From Eukaryota sp. GEM-RC1 (taxonomy: Eukaryota): a stretch of 64,000 nucleotides of DNA. A program made the translations under genes and the position numbers. The DNA is taken from the NCBI GenBank assembly GCA_040285855.1, contig JAUFOQ010000016.1, positions 496,001-560,000 on the forward strand, read 5' to 3'. The notes under the pieces were generated by a model, which was not told the origin of the DNA, did not search any database, and saw only the letters and a list, made by a program, of their open reading frames with translations. Below, piece by piece: positions 37,827 to 51,161 of the stretch; position 1 is the stretch's first letter, and each line of letters opens with the position of its first letter.

Positions 37827-39203
37827 CGTTTTTCAGGCTCAGAGGTGAAAATTACTTCCCAAATGGAATATGAATCGTGTTGGGATCTTCTCCTTTCCTA
37901 CATGATTACTCAGATAACTACGGATTCACGCAGTAAATATAGACTATGACTATGACAAATAACTGGGTCTAACTCCTAGACCCCGCTCCAAATGATGCTC
38001 CACAATAGCGTTGATGTTGATCCTCCTCTAATTGTTGTAATCCAATCAATCTTCCTTAGTTTCGGGATTCTATTTACATCACTATACCCCAGCAATACGA
38101 ACATTCTAGATGAAAGAACTGCATTTAAAATCTAATCTTTCCAACTACTGAGCTGTGAAGGTACCTTTCTCCCATATACAGTATTTTAATGGAGAATTAT
38201 AAAAATAAAAAAGACGAATATACATAATTTACCACAAAACACATGAATACCTATTTCCCAGGTACAGATCGAAAAGAGAGAGTGTACAGTTTACAGTAGT
38301 TATTACGGAAATGACTAACAAAGATAACAGAGAAACCATGTGTCTACTATTACAGATGAAAAAATACCTTTAAAGACTTCACCAGTTTCCCACACAGTTT
38401 GTACAAATCATCTACACTGATTATAATGTAAGTTTATCACTAGATAAATTTATCAAACCAGTGGGTTCTTGGTTACGTTCCAGGTTCAGCGTTGACGATA
38501 AAACTAAGAAAAATGTGGAATTCCATGATCTGTACTGCTGATCATAATTTATGACCATGTATCCTTCTTGTTGTGCACTGAAATGATTATAGTGCAGCTA
38601 GCAGTGAATCAAATACATGTATACTGCATTCAATGTTTCAAATCGGAATTGTAAATACAAACAAAACCTACTAATACTAAATCCAAACGACTTCAACCAT
38701 ATACGGTCAAAGATGACGGTTATCAATATCAACATCCACACCAAACTTGTAAAGTTTCTCAATTAATCGACAAAAATAGAAAGGCATATTCCGATAAATA
38801 TAAAAACACAACACGGTTTTTCCATTCAGACATTCTAAACATACGCCTCATTTTTCTACACGGTTCTTCAAAATCCTGGAATAATTGATCTCCTGCAAGA
38901 ATAAGCAATCCAACAAATTGTTTCTGAATTAGTAATTCAGGATTACCAAAAGACTCGAGGGGAAATTTTAAAATCTCTGAATACACTCTATGTGTTAATA
39001 TACAATTTGTGTTACGAAGAGTATTGAAGGGAAGTGAAACTTACAAAGCAATAAGTAATTAATATCAGTATTAATACAAAACAAACAAGTTTTCTTTCCA
39101 AGCAATGCTAGCAATTACATCATAGAGAACGATATTATCCAGGAAAGTAAGGATACATATCCTTTATAAATTAAAACAAGACTAAAAACTAAATAAAAGA
39201 AAT

Positions 39204-40791
39204 CTACCTTAAAACAAAAGTTGATCGATCAGTATTCAACATTTCCATCGCAGATTCCTGACCTATCAAATTTGATAGGTAAGAGACGTCATAACGGTCA
39301 AAAATCGTAGTACAGTGACCTCCATCACCCATCATATTCGCCAATTTCGAATAGAAATGTGGATAAAAAGGTGGAGCAAAGAAAATTAAATTAGTTACTG
39401 GTTTAATTCTCATTGGCTGGAAAAAGTACTGGCGACCAGAAAGTAAAAGACTGCACCTTTTCTACTAGAGAAAAGAGATCGAGCTCTATCTACTGTAGAC
39501 TTTTTGTCGTATTCACAGGCAGAATAAAAATGAATCCCATCTTTCTTGAGACGTTCTCTTAGTAAGGTGAAAACAAAGTAATCAGGAGCAAAAATTAAAA
39601 TATTCTGATGAGTTGAGATCAGTCGAGGTAGAACTGTAGACATTAGGAAGGAAATTCGATGGCTAGTGGACTCAGACTTGGAAATATTTGACAATTTTAA
39701 AAATGTTTGGGTGATATCGACTGTAATCTCATCAGATTTAGCTTCCTCTGATTGAACAAACAACTTTCCCGAAGGATTGAAATTTCTTCTGAAGAAATTA
39801 AAAACGAGTGGGAAATACGTAGAAGAGAACACGACAAGCTGACGTGCGACTTCGGGTCTTCCGTCAGAAAACACGGGAAAAAGTCTTGTAATGTCAAAAG
39901 TTTGGTCGTCGAATTTCTGCGGAATCTGATTGACTTTACTGAAAACATTTAAAAATGTTCCCAATTTTGTTGATAAATGACATCAACAAAATCAGCAAAC
40001 ACCAACGATATTGACGACAAATGTGGAAAATTTGATTTTTCCTTTTTCATGATCATTTCTAATCCCATTGGAGAAGCGACAATTATATCAGCATGTTTAA
40101 AAGAACTAAACAATCGAACCTGTTTCTTTCCGATTGAGATTGGTAGAACAAAACAATCATCAATATTACCATAGAAAACGTTATTCCAATCACTTGAACG
40201 AGATTCAATGACGTCACCATAGCCATCATTAGACCCCAAAACACCAAACTCTTCATTCAATCTTTTTTGATTGGTAATCTCACGTTTACCCGGTAGTAAA
40301 GACAGCAAGTACTTAACAGTTTTTAGAGCGTTACTTCTAAAAGGAAGAAGAATCAAGACCGACGGGCGGGTAAACCCTTGGTCAAGGAAGGGTCCTGGTT
40401 CTTCTTGTTTCACTAGGGTATCATTCTGGTCAATGGACTTCTGAAGACTCATGACGTGATTAATAGTGTGAATGCAGGTGGCGAAGAGAAGAGGATCGTC
40501 TGCTTTCCCAATGTGGTTATGGGGGATGTATAGGAGATCGTTGTAAGCCAGAAGATTTCCCAGAACATGAAGAGAATGAGGGGTTAGAGTAACAGCAGGG
40601 GGTTTATCTTCAAGAAAACAGGACAGCGAAGGTTGTAAGGGAAGTGAAGATAAAGATGAACATGTATTGATTGTGCAAAGGTTATCTGGATTAGATGTAG
40701 CCACTGTTTGATCGTCCAATTCATAGGGAAGAAGACTCTGTGGAGAAGAAGGGATCTCTGTAGTAAAGGAGAATCGTGTATGTATGTCCAT
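39204..40791 (-). CDS. UTP25: U3 snoRNA-associated protein UTP25 (DEF/DIEXF)
   Basis: DQGFTRPSVLILLPFR, GNIDDCF, ADIIVASPMGL, QQNWEH, ILIFAPDYF, LIFFAPPFYPHFY; two missing T's (~39951, ~39445). Confidence 0.92.
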
Positions 40792-41452
40792 TTGATCAAA
40801 GTAATTCTATGAGATTTAGTCTATAACTCATCAGAAGCAGCAGCCACATCAACTCAATGCAGTTTCTCAACACCTAATTCGGACAAGTAGTTACCACCAA
40901 ACAGATTAACGCAATCGGATAATTATTGTTAATTGCCAAAAGCGGCAAGAGCAACACTTATCAACGCTCTTTTGATAAAACTTTGCTTATACTTCCTATT
41001 TCTCAGACTAGAATTTACAATTCTGTGTTCGCTTCAGAAAGTTAAGAAGTATGTGTTGTGTTGTCCAATAGAGATTGGACAATGAACAATTACAAAAACA
41101 GTGGCTTCACCAATCAATCCTTGTGTTGAGTTAATCTACTGTGGATATTTGCAGTGTTCCAAGCAAGTGGAAATCATGGTATGATCGCATTTTACCAGCA
41201 ACGAGCAATCTTGTGAATTGCAGCAAGTACTAGTTGCTGAATGTAATGTGCAAAAAACGCTACCTGATATTCTGTATTCAATGGTTGTGATTTACCGATT
41301 TAGTTTACAGTCACGTGTTTAAGACATGACTATTCTTCAAAGAATTCACCGTATTGAGACGGCTGAAGATTCTAGTTCAACACTTGCAGCTTCACACACC
41401 ATATACACACACAAAACAGTGGATACTCTCCACTTGAATGAGAATACACCTA

Positions 41453-42096
41453 TCAAAAATTTGGATTCGAATAGAACAGTTGTTGATACTGAGATTGTCC
41501 ATGAGGATCACAAGGATCTATTGGAGTGTTGCTATAGCCTGGTTGCATGTTCATTGGTGCATTAAATTGATGTTGAGATGAACCAGCCATATGACTTAAG
41601 TGACTCTGTGGATGCGGATGAAATCTCATTGGACATTTGGCTGAAGTAAGATCAGAAAGGTATTCAAACCTTTGGTGTGACCCAGCTTTCCGCAAATAGA
41701 GCAACTGTAGGATCCTCTTTTGACTTTGGGGGTAACATTGGACGAACTAGCAAGTTTTCGTTGTAGACATATGACATGAAGCAGTTCTGAGACGTCAATG
41801 GGTAACACTAAGTAATCGGTGAAGCCAGGCTCTTTATACGCATAGACTGGAAGATCGTCAGTGATGGAGTTTATCACCTCTTCATCAGAAGCAGAAGAGG
41901 GAAACCGTAGGATTCCTTTGATCTCCGATATTGTCAGGATCTCGCCATTGAAAATTCTTACCGCAATTGAATGCAACAGAACACTCTGTCCATCACATTT
42001 ATTGATGAGCGAATCTCTGGCTTCAGCGACAGACCGAAAGCGAGTATCCTTTGATGTAACTCTGATATCACCGTATTTTGAAGATAGAAAGGACAT
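41453..42096 (-). CDS. CCHC zinc-knuckle protein with a Q/P/H-rich tail
   Basis: Removing a 29-nt intron completes CSICGKLGHTK-AKC (CX2CX4HX4C). Confidence 0.75.
41641..41669 (-). other. 29-nt spliceosomal intron
   Basis: GTTTGA...CTTAC-TTCAG; restores the zinc knuckle. Confidence 0.8.
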
Positions 42097-43682
42097 GATG
42101 GTTTGAAATTAGATGTTGAAAAATGTATCAAATTTCTATAACCACCCTTTACTGACCTCCACTTTTGAACGAGACGCAAGGTGCCAACCAATAGCTTGGC
42201 AAAAACTTTGCCAACTTGCGCTACTTCAACTTCTAAGCTTATGTTCGCCATCTTCAACGTAATTTTTCATACAGAAGGAGACTCCTATCACAAGAAATTT
42301 TGCTCATAATCGCTTGCTGGTTTCTTGTTGTGAAACACAAACTTTCCCAAGTAGAAACATTTACAAGCACAGACGTACGTCAGAAATCTTGGTCTCTTTG
42401 TCTTGAGGCTAGCGTCATACCAAACTTACTGTTTGATGGAGTTTTGAGGTAGACCATCACTCTCACACTGTATGATTCCCGCTTTCACTTCAAAGTGGTA
42501 AACATTATCGTGTTACAAACACAATCAATCCTATAACAACAAAATCATTCTTCTCTGATAGTATTGAGTTGAACATCTGGGCTGCACGATGTTGTTTCAA
42601 AGACTGTCTAGTATTCTGGGGATGAATGTGGAGGAGAAAGAACAGGTGCCATAATGATAACCTACTACTAATATGGTGGAGAGAGTCTATTGACCGCTAA
42701 CATCTTATCCTGACCGTCAATTTAGAATATACATACTAAACGCTTCGCCAGATAACGTTTCAAAAAACAAAAACTTCAAGGTGCATCTGTTCACATATGT
42801 TGCTTTCATGGTGTATCTGGACATGACGTCATGTCAAACTGGGCTGATTATGCGCGGATCTTCATATCCAACTAATTAGCCATGCTCTCTTTGACGGATT
42901 CTCAATCAGCTGTAACGAGAATCAACAGTACAATACAATTTTTGGAACACATAATGTCTGGGGAAGATTGAGATTAGGGTTTTTAAAAGGTCAGGTCAGA
43001 ACCTCATAATTACAGCTCAAATTGACCTGCCATTTAACCAGTGACCCATATTATTTTAACACATTTTCTCAACAAATCTCCACTTTCAATACTACATTAG
43101 GAAAGTTACAGTACTTCTTGAACTCAATTTCGAGAATGACAGTGATTCACTTTGGTAGTGAATCAGATTCGAAGATCCATAATTACTGTCATTATGAACC
43201 CTTCAAAGGAAATCTACGATAACGTATGTTCAATAAAAATGTATATCAACAAGCATAGAACTTCTTAACTTAAAGTCAGTTGCAAGATGTTAATGTGACC
43301 GCAACTGTTGACGTTGAAGAAACGAATCCTTTATTTGAATATGAAAAAGGATTGAACATTGAGTGGACAAACAAACACACACCAATCACGCACAATCAGC
43401 ATTGTTATGACGTGATCGAGGTGCTGTGTGATGGAAGTGTGATGTATTACACTAAGAACGAGATGTTACAAAATCTTAGTCTAGGTTGAGTTACTCAACC
43501 TAGCCTTCCTGACAAAAGAAGCCATTCAATTGTATTGTTCAATAAAATTGAATGATATTGAGATTTAGAGTGGACTGCCTTCTAAAAAGTGCTAAAATAT
43601 ATGTTCTTCTCAACAAACTGAAGTACTAAGACAATTTATTGTTACAAATTTGGAAAATTACATACAACAACTACACGAAAAC

Positions 43683-45932
43683 TTATAACGATCGCATATC
43701 CTTCAAAACTTCTTCTCTAATAAATCTTCCCTTATACACCAAAGGTTTACCATATTTGTTTTCAAAAACCGGTACAAGACTGGCAAGTTCTTCATTCAGT
43801 CTGTGCAACTCACGCAAGAACTCCTTTCGATGCTTCTCCTCTCTAATAAGTCTAGATGAATCACCAGAGAACAGTCGGTCAGGGTTTGAAGCTGATTTGT
43901 TGAACTCTCTGATTCTATACTTGATAAACTCTCTTCGAGTGATAGTTTCCATTAAAGGTACAAGATCCGAAAGACGTTCAACTTCTTGTGAGTAGATATT
44001 GTAGAGATTAACATCATAACCAGCACGAGCATCAATGTCCATTAAGAAATCAACACGATCTTCAGCGGGAACTTCTAGAACTTTCCACAACTCATGAGCC
44101 TGTTTCTTGAGAGCCATCAATTGTGATTCAGATTCCTTAAGCTTTTGAGCCTCTTCGGACTCCACAAGAGAACGCTGCTCCTCAACAGACTTCATCTTCA
44201 AGTCATACTCAGCTCTAGCAGACTCCTCAGCCAAAGCACGTTCCTGAGCTCTAATCTCTTCAGCAAGTTCGACTTCCTTCTCCTTTAGCTTCACTGATTC
44301 CAAGTGTTGTTCATGTTGTAATACACGTTGTTCAATGGACTTGAGCAGAGATTCGATTTCCTTTCTAGTAGTTTGCTGGTAGTCAGCCCTCCATAGTAGA
44401 GAGGCGTGGTTCATCTTCTTAATCTTCTGTTGCCAATATTCGACATTCTCACGATGTTCATCAAGCTTCTTGCGATACATGTGCTCTTGGTCAATGTTCT
44501 GTTGTTGCAACTCAGACAATCTAGCCTCATAACTAGCCTCAATGTCCATATTCTGCTTGCGGAAGTCCTCAATAACAGCATCACTCTTACTCTTAAGCTC
44601 AGATACTCTACCATCATAGGTCTTCTGTAAAGCAATGCTATCCTGTCTCAACTCTTCAATCTGAGCATTAAGAGAGCTTCGTTCAGCATCAAAACACTCT
44701 CTAATCTCTTCAAAAGAAGTACGGAGCTGTTCTTCTTGTTCAAAGTGTTTCTTTTCTAACATGGCAATGTGTTGTTCATGAAGCTTCTCAGCCTCGGCCA
44801 ATTGACTCTTAACTTCAGTAACACGTTCTTCAGAGGCGGTTTCCTTTTCTAAGAACTGGGTCTTCAATGCTGCAACCATTTGTTCATTTGCTTGTTCCAT
44901 GTCAAGCTGTTGCTGCTTAAATTCTGTAATCTTGGCTTCAAACTCCTCTTCAGCCTTGACCTGCTGTAGACGTAATTCTTCAAGCTGTAAAGCGCCTTGG
45001 CTTCGTACCTGGTCAACCTTCTCATCGTACTTCTTCTCTAGAGCAACATTCTCTTGTCTGAGCTCTTCGATTTGGAGGTATAAGGAGTTTCGCTCAGTGT
45101 CCATGGTTTGACGAACTTCATCAAAGGCGTCACGTTGTTGAGATTCACGATCAAGATGTTTCTGTTCAATCTCAATGATTCGTTCTTCGTGAGTCTTTTC
45201 CATTTCTAACTGGGCAAGTTTCAGTTGAGAAACGTGATCTTCGTGCACTTTCTCCAACTCAGCTTGTTGTTGTTTTACCTCAGTAATACGTTGATCATGG
45301 ACTATTTCCTGTTCAGCTTGCTTCTGCTTCTGCTCAGCAACACGTTCGTCACAGAGTCTTTCCAGTTCAGCTTGCTTCTGCTTTTGTTCAGCAACACGTT
45401 CGTCACAAAGTCGTTCTAGTTCATCTTGTTGTGCTTTTAGTACCTCTACTTGCTGTTCATGTTGAGCTTCCATGTCAGACAGTGCTTGTTTGAGTTCAGC
45501 AATGCGTTGGTCGTTATTCTTGTCGACTTTAGAGTGTTCCTTGATGACTTGCTTGATGCGATCCTCATTGGCTCTATCGTTGTCAATGATCTTTTGCTTC
45601 AGCTCTTGAATTTGTGAGACTAGTTCAAGAGGTTCCTTTTCGTGATTGACTGCGGAATGAACTGGACACGTTGATTCTGGTTTGGCAGCAGGGGAGGAAG
45701 TGGAAGGAGAGAGAGATTGTTCAAGGGCTTCGACAGGAGCGTCGTCTTCAAGTGAGTCTTCAAAGGCAACAGGTGTCGCAGGTGCCTGAGCCTCATCATG
45801 AGGGGAAGTAGACAGTTTTCTAGCCTTTCGAAACGCCGCCAAGCGAGCCATTCTTGTGGGCGACTGTTCCTCGACGGTATGTGGAGAGCCCTTACTTTGT
45901 TTTAATCGCCGAAGTGTCTCTAATGCTGACAT
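43683..45932 (-). CDS. Long coiled-coil protein with a C-terminal MAP65/Ase1/PRC1-type microtubule-binding domain
   Basis: ELWKVLEVPAEDR...ASNPDRLF....RLIREEKHRK...FENKYGKPLVYKG; internal 54-bp tandem duplication (LERLCDERVAEQKQKQAE) at ~45313-45422. Confidence 0.8.
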   Translation of the reverse strand: MSALETLRRLKQSKGSPHTVEEQSPTRMARLAAFRKARKLSTSPHDEAQAPATPVAFEDSLEDDAPVEALEQSLSPSTSSPAAKPESTCPVHSAVNHEKEPLELVSQIQELKQKIIDNDRANEDRIKQVIKEHSKVDKNNDQRIAELKQALSDMEAQHEQQVEVLKAQQDELERLCDERVAEQKQKQAELERLCDERVAEQKQKQAEQEIVHDQRITEVKQQQAELEKVHEDHVSQLKLAQLEMEKTHEERIIEIEQKHLDRESQQRDAFDEVRQTMDTERNSLYLQIEELRQENVALEKKYDEKVDQVRSQGALQLEELRLQQVKAEEEFEAKITEFKQQQLDMEQANEQMVAALKTQFLEKETASEERVTEVKSQLAEAEKLHEQHIAMLEKKHFEQEEQLRTSFEEIRECFDAERSSLNAQIEELRQDSIALQKTYDGRVSELKSKSDAVIEDFRKQNMDIEASYEARLSELQQQNIDQEHMYRKKLDEHRENVEYWQQKIKKMNHASLLWRADYQQTTRKEIESLLKSIEQRVLQHEQHLESVKLKEKEVELAEEIRAQERALAEESARAEYDLKMKSVEEQRSLVESEEAQKLKESESQLMALKKQAHELWKVLEVPAEDRVDFLMDIDARAGYDVNLYNIYSQEVERLSDLVPLMETITRREFIKYRIREFNKSASNPDRLFSGDSSRLIREEKHRKEFLRELHRLNEELASLVPVFENKYGKPLVYKGRFIREEVLKDMRSL

Positions 45933-45977
45933 TGAGATTCCTTTGAGAGAAGTAAGAATTTCCTTTCCAACTCTCTT

Positions 45978-48305
45978 ATGTTAATCAGCAAAGTTCTGAA
46001 GAAACTCAAGCCGCCACTGTTGCTTTCTGGCACGAAAGCCTCTGCTTTAATAGCTGAATCCATTCCACTCCTACATGAAATACCTTTTACTTTCACATCT
46101 ACATTTCCATGTGTCCTCATTGAATTTACTGTAAAACATCTTAAGGTACTTCAGGAAAATCACTATGACTTTGCAACATTTTTTGCATCTCTGTACTATG
46201 CAATCGATACCAATCTTCTGGCTCTGGATCTTCTCTTCCAACTGGACGATTCTCTTGGCTGCAGCTTCATACAACCTTTCTATGTTCAGTACATACTTGA
46301 TGGTGTATTGCTCTACCAACACAAGAGCCTGTCTTGTTTCAAAAGTGTTTCTCAATGGTGTTTCTCTAGTCAATCTGTTGAACTACTACAGCATTGTCTG
46401 AATCAGTCTGCAAAAAGTATCTTATCTATGAGTGATAAGAACGATTTTTTGGAATTTGTTTCAAATACCTTTTTTGAACTGGTGGATTTGCTGTCGTTTC
46501 CACAACAAGTCATATGTCCGTTACAATCATTTTCGAACTTGTTTTATGAGTTTCTAGCGAATCCTGACAATCACACTTTGTTTTCTCAACTCCAAAGTCA
46601 TCTTTCTGAAGATAACATTCAAAAGAGTGAATATTCAATGACTGTAGCTTATTCGATTTGGTTGTCAGTATTTCGAGAACTTTCATGTAAAATATATAAC
46701 ATTTCTAATTTTGATGATACATCAACTACTGAAAGTGACAAATATTCACTGTTGTTCAAAAGTGGAGCAAACGCGTGCTGGTTCTGCACCCAATGTATCC
46801 AACATGGTGAAAAGCGAGCAGTTTCCAATGGAGTTGTAAAGTACAGTTCCCAACTCTGCACTCTATTCAAGGATTGGACGCCTTCATCCTCTGAACTCTG
46901 TCTCTTGAGAATTCGAATGGCTCAACTGAATTATACTCGAAGTTTAACGTCTACTCCTGTGGTTAAGGAAGTTTCTGATGATAAAACTCTAACAATGGCC
47001 AGGAATTCGATGAAGGAATGTACACTGCCAACTTTTGAATTAGTTTCTCTTGTTTGTACCATTGAAAAAGTAGGCCTTCGGTTGAACTAAAAGTATTGTT
47101 CAGAAATACTTGTCAACAGATTGAAAAATGGATTTCACTGTATCAAAATGGAATTCAAGACAATCAGATTTCTCTTTATCAACGATGTGTTGGAGAGATT
47201 CGCCAATTAACTCATCTTCTTCCTGATGTATCAGTGACTCACATTGAACATGAAAAATTCCTATCAAAGTTGAAAGACAGTTCTCTTCAGAAGTGCTGGC
47301 TTTTTGTCTACTTAGATCTTGCTCGCTTGTACAAACGTCTGGATGATCTTGCTCCTGCCACTGACTTTCTACTCGAAGGACTAGCAGAGGCCCGTCGACA
47401 TGATCTTCAACAACATGATTCACAGTGTCCTGGTTATGACCTTTCAGAGCGTAATCAATTGATAGAACTGTATTCTCAATTGAAACAATCTGATGAGAAC
47501 CCTATTAATATCGAAGATGATATTAATACGTTTATTGAGTCTCAAAATCAGCAACAGTTGAAGGAAATTGCGGCAGTCAAACCACAGTCCCCACCTCCCA
47601 CAACTGCCCCTTCCAAGCCAAAGAAGGACCAAAAGAAAGGACGTTTCATTCCTGATCGCCCTCCTCAACACATTGAATCCTATGATGTTGATAACTCTCT
47701 TCTTAGTGCTCTTTTAGACGGTCTGTCAGCTCCTAATTCTGCTGTTGGCTTCTCCAGTGCGTCGTCTCAGCCTGTTGATGACCAAACTTCCAGACCAACA
47801 TCACCTCCTTCTGATACCACAGCTTCTGTTTCTGGTGATCCCGAAGTTGATAAGCTTTATAGTTGTCTCAAGTCATTCATGACAGTTCCAGGAGGAGAAG
47901 GACAGCTCTTTGCTCTACATACACAGCAGCTTCAGATAGAAACACAATTATCGAGAGATTTAGAAGAGTTTGTGTCTCAATTACGTGAAGAAGCTTCGAC
48001 ACTAATTAAAAAGACAGAAGAAGGTGGAAGTTGAGGCAAAACCTTCAGAACTACCTTTTCTGGCAAAGAAACATGAACGAGAATTAACTACTCTCAAAGC
48101 AAAACATTTAGCTGAAGTAAAAAATAGACTTTTAGAAATGTCCCAGAAAATTGAAGAGCTTCAACGTAAACAACAACTATATTTATCTCAATGTATATCA
48201 GAGTTTGTAGTCACTGATGACGCTGGTGTCATGGAGCAGCAAGCTAAGGCTTTACGTCTTTTAGTTAAAGAAGCGCAACAAGAACGAATGAGTTTGAAAC
48301 GTTGA
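45978..48305 (+). CDS. Hypothetical protein (three ORFs, probably one gene)
   Basis: ORFs abut at A5 runs (~47065, ~48008); helical N-terminus, Pro/Ser linker and C-terminal coiled coil. Confidence 0.6.
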
Positions 48306-48525
48306 TTGGTTCTGTTGTCGACTTGTTTGTTAGGAATTTAATTATAGAATTGAATTCTTGAATTCTGTGTATAACATATTTAGAATATGTTCATTGAATA
48401 CCGTAACTTCTTTTTATTAACATAAGAATTGTTCAAAGTTTTATAAAAGATGGAGTTTTAGAGTGATTACATTCAGTCAATCAAAAGGAAATTTGTAAGA
48501 GAAATCTGGAAACACAAAAGAAGGT

Positions 48526-48759
48526 CTAACTTAACTTCGAAACAAAAAGCACATTGTTGCCTCGAATGACAACATCTTCATACTTTTGAACCTCCTTGTT
48601 ATCAATGAATTCTGTAGAATTTTGAAGATGTGTGTTTGAAGCTGAATCGATGCCAGATAGTATACCATGAAATTCGCCGCCAGTTGTAAGTCGAACAGCT
48701 ACTTGAGATTGTAGGAGATCTTGCAGAAAGGAAGAACTGTGAGGAGATGTAGTAGCCAT
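48526..48759 (-). CDS. LSM6: U6 snRNA-associated Sm-like protein LSm6
   Basis: SSFLQDLLQSQVAVRLTTGGEFHGILSGID..SN..L..STEF...KYEDVVIRGNNVLFVS; ATG at 48759. Confidence 0.85.
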   Translation of the reverse strand: MATTSPHSSSFLQDLLQSQVAVRLTTGGEFHGILSGIDSASNTHLQNSTEFIDNKEVQKYEDVVIRGNNVLFVSKLS

Positions 48760-48837
48760 GTACTGTGGGTGTTTTTTCGGGTCCAAAATCTCAACTTCCC
48801 ACTTTTTGGGTTTCCTTGACTAACTTATTGACTCTTA

Positions 48838-49845
48838 ATGTCCAAAGTCACTGACGCTCTTGCTTTAGATCCCAAAGGGAATTATCACTATGAAATACTT
48901 GAACCTGTTCAACATACAATCTCTCGAAAATGGGCTCAGGACTATTGTGATGCACATGGAATCAAACATTATGGTAATAAAGCTGAACTGATCCAACGAG
49001 TGTTAGACCATGCTGCAGGTAAAAAGGTACAAGTTGCTCGACGTTATGGCAAGCGTGCAGGCAACAAAGCCACTCCTTCACCTGCTCCCAACACTACCGC
49101 CGAATACACAATAACAGAAGAGTACATTGCTCAAGGACCTCGAAGTATAGAAGCTACTACTGTCCCAGCCCTACTTCCCCTAGACTGTTTCGAATCTCCT
49201 CTACTTCAACAGGACTTCAGTAAGATCTCTCCTCCTGTTAAAGCTCCTAGTGGTACCGGATACATTGCCAATCCCAATGTTGAACCTACAGATCTTCTCC
49301 TATCCAATCCTCATCTCCAACAACATTCTTCCCGTCGTTTCATCTTCCCTTCTAAAACTGCAATGAACAGAATTCAGGATACTCTCAACTCAACCTACCG
49401 TATTCTGTCATGGCCTAAACTCACCACACATCCTCTCACACATCTCTCTTGGATGGTAGAAGATGAGGCTAGGTCTATGGTATCCCAGGTAACCATTGGT
49501 CAAACCTACCAGTGTGACTGTAACTCAACACTTTTTCCATGTAATCACATTGTCTTTGTTCTTACTAAAACTCTGTTCATGGGTCATGATCATCCTTACC
49601 TTTGGGTAACTGGACTTTTGAACCATGAAGTAGATGATTTAGCTAAGAGAACAAGGGAGACTTTGGATACTGATATTTCTTTTTGTCCTGTTTGTTGTGG
49701 GTCTATATCTGACCATGATGACGTGATATCGAGGTGTAGGCATGGATGTAGGCCTTTGCATCGATTTTGTCTTGAGAAATGGTCTGACTTTAAGATGAGG
49801 TCGGGGTTGTTATTGGATTGTCCACTATGCTTGGAAGAAATGTAG
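48838..49845 (+). CDS. SAP-like + SWIM zinc finger + RING-finger protein
   Basis: YCDAHGIKHYGNKAELIQRVL (SAP-like), CDCNSTLFPCNHIVFVL (SWIM), CPVCC...CRHGCRPLHRFCLEKW...CPLC (RING variant). Confidence 0.8.
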   Translation: MSKVTDALALDPKGNYHYEILEPVQHTISRKWAQDYCDAHGIKHYGNKAELIQRVLDHAAGKKVQVARRYGKRAGNKATPSPAPNTTAEYTITEEYIAQGPRSIEATTVPALLPLDCFESPLLQQDFSKISPPVKAPSGTGYIANPNVEPTDLLLSNPHLQQHSSRRFIFPSKTAMNRIQDTLNSTYRILSWPKLTTHPLTHLSWMVEDEARSMVSQVTIGQTYQCDCNSTLFPCNHIVFVLTKTLFMGHDHPYLWVTGLLNHEVDDLAKRTRETLDTDISFCPVCCGSISDHDDVISRCRHGCRPLHRFCLEKWSDFKMRSGLLLDCPLCLEEM

Positions 49846-51161
49846 AATTATTTGTTTAACTTGTTTATTTTTTGAGTGTTTTTGTTCGGTCCATTGGTAT
49901 TGTGTTTTGTTTTGCGTGTTTTGGTTTATTTTTCTGTAGTGTTCACAGGTTGAAAGTACCAAGGAAATTCTACATTGTAGTTGCACATTTGAGTATGGCC
50001 ACATTGCGAGGATTTATAATTCTCTGTAAAAGTCAAATACATGTTTACAATAATTTGCAAGTAGTGTTTGTTAACAAGTCAGTTTACATCATATGTCGTA
50101 GATGTTTTGTAGGTGAGAAGCAAGTTTACATTTACCGTGAGCAAACACTTTTCTTTGATTGTGTTGCAAACGATTGAAGCAACGGTTTGATGTGTTGTCT
50201 TGCTGTTCTGACCAACAATGACAGTATGTTGACTTCGATTTCCCAGAATTCACAATAATTGTCAAACACTACAATACAAAAACTGTACTATTTAGTGATT
50301 GTTTATTGAATACCGAAAATCACATTGATAGATTTCTCAGCCATGACGTTATCTTAAGTATCTCCAACCACTAGTGTTTTGTTGTGGAAGCAGTGAATGT
50401 TGATAGATTTGTTAATGAAACTAACGACAGTTCTAGAATTGATCTGCAACCATCTGTATTTTGGAACTGTTCATCACATTTTCATAAGTTTTGAATTAGT
50501 ACAAATTTCATGAATGTTTAATTGTTTGAGCTCAGAGTTATTAAATTTACCACTGTTGTACTTATCAGATTTTGCTCATGTACCACAATTAGACCGATTT
50601 CATTTTTAGCTGCTGCAGAACATACATTGATTCACATCCATTGTGTACAATGTTTTGGAACGTTAATCATATGTCCTAGTATGTACTGCGGCACGTGATT
50701 GTCAATTGCTTTCCTCTGAATAACCATCGACATCCACACACAATCTATACATGTAATCCAAGTTTGTCTGTTTTCTGATAAATTTTCAACATCATCATGG
50801 CATAGGTGTATTTGTATACAATAGACTGTTTATTTAAGTTCTAGTGAATCGACACACAGTATTTCAGAGTAAACTACTTACATTCAGTTGTCTGATTGCA
50901 TTTGATCCTTGCTGGAATTCGAAAACATTCGATAAACAATGTTAGATTTTCAGTTTGTAAGTTAAACAGAATCACAACGCTAAAAGTTGACATTTTTAAG
51001 TTGATGTTGTAGAAATCTAATGTGGTCTGAACCAGACAACCTTTAGATCAGTATTTCTATTGGTTGACATATGCATCCGTTATATTTCGAGATTTGTAGT
51101 CTATATTTAGAATGTTTCAATGAATGACTGGCTCTTGAATTTCACATTCTGATATATTTAA

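Noticed and set aside
38240..38345. ACAGAGA-containing stretch considered as U6 snRNA
   Set aside because: It lacks the downstream AGC triad, the internal stem-loop and a terminal T-run.
3428..50700. Recurrent CACGTG (E-box) in intergenic DNA
   Set aside because: It is similarly common inside CDSs and has no fixed position relative to start codons.
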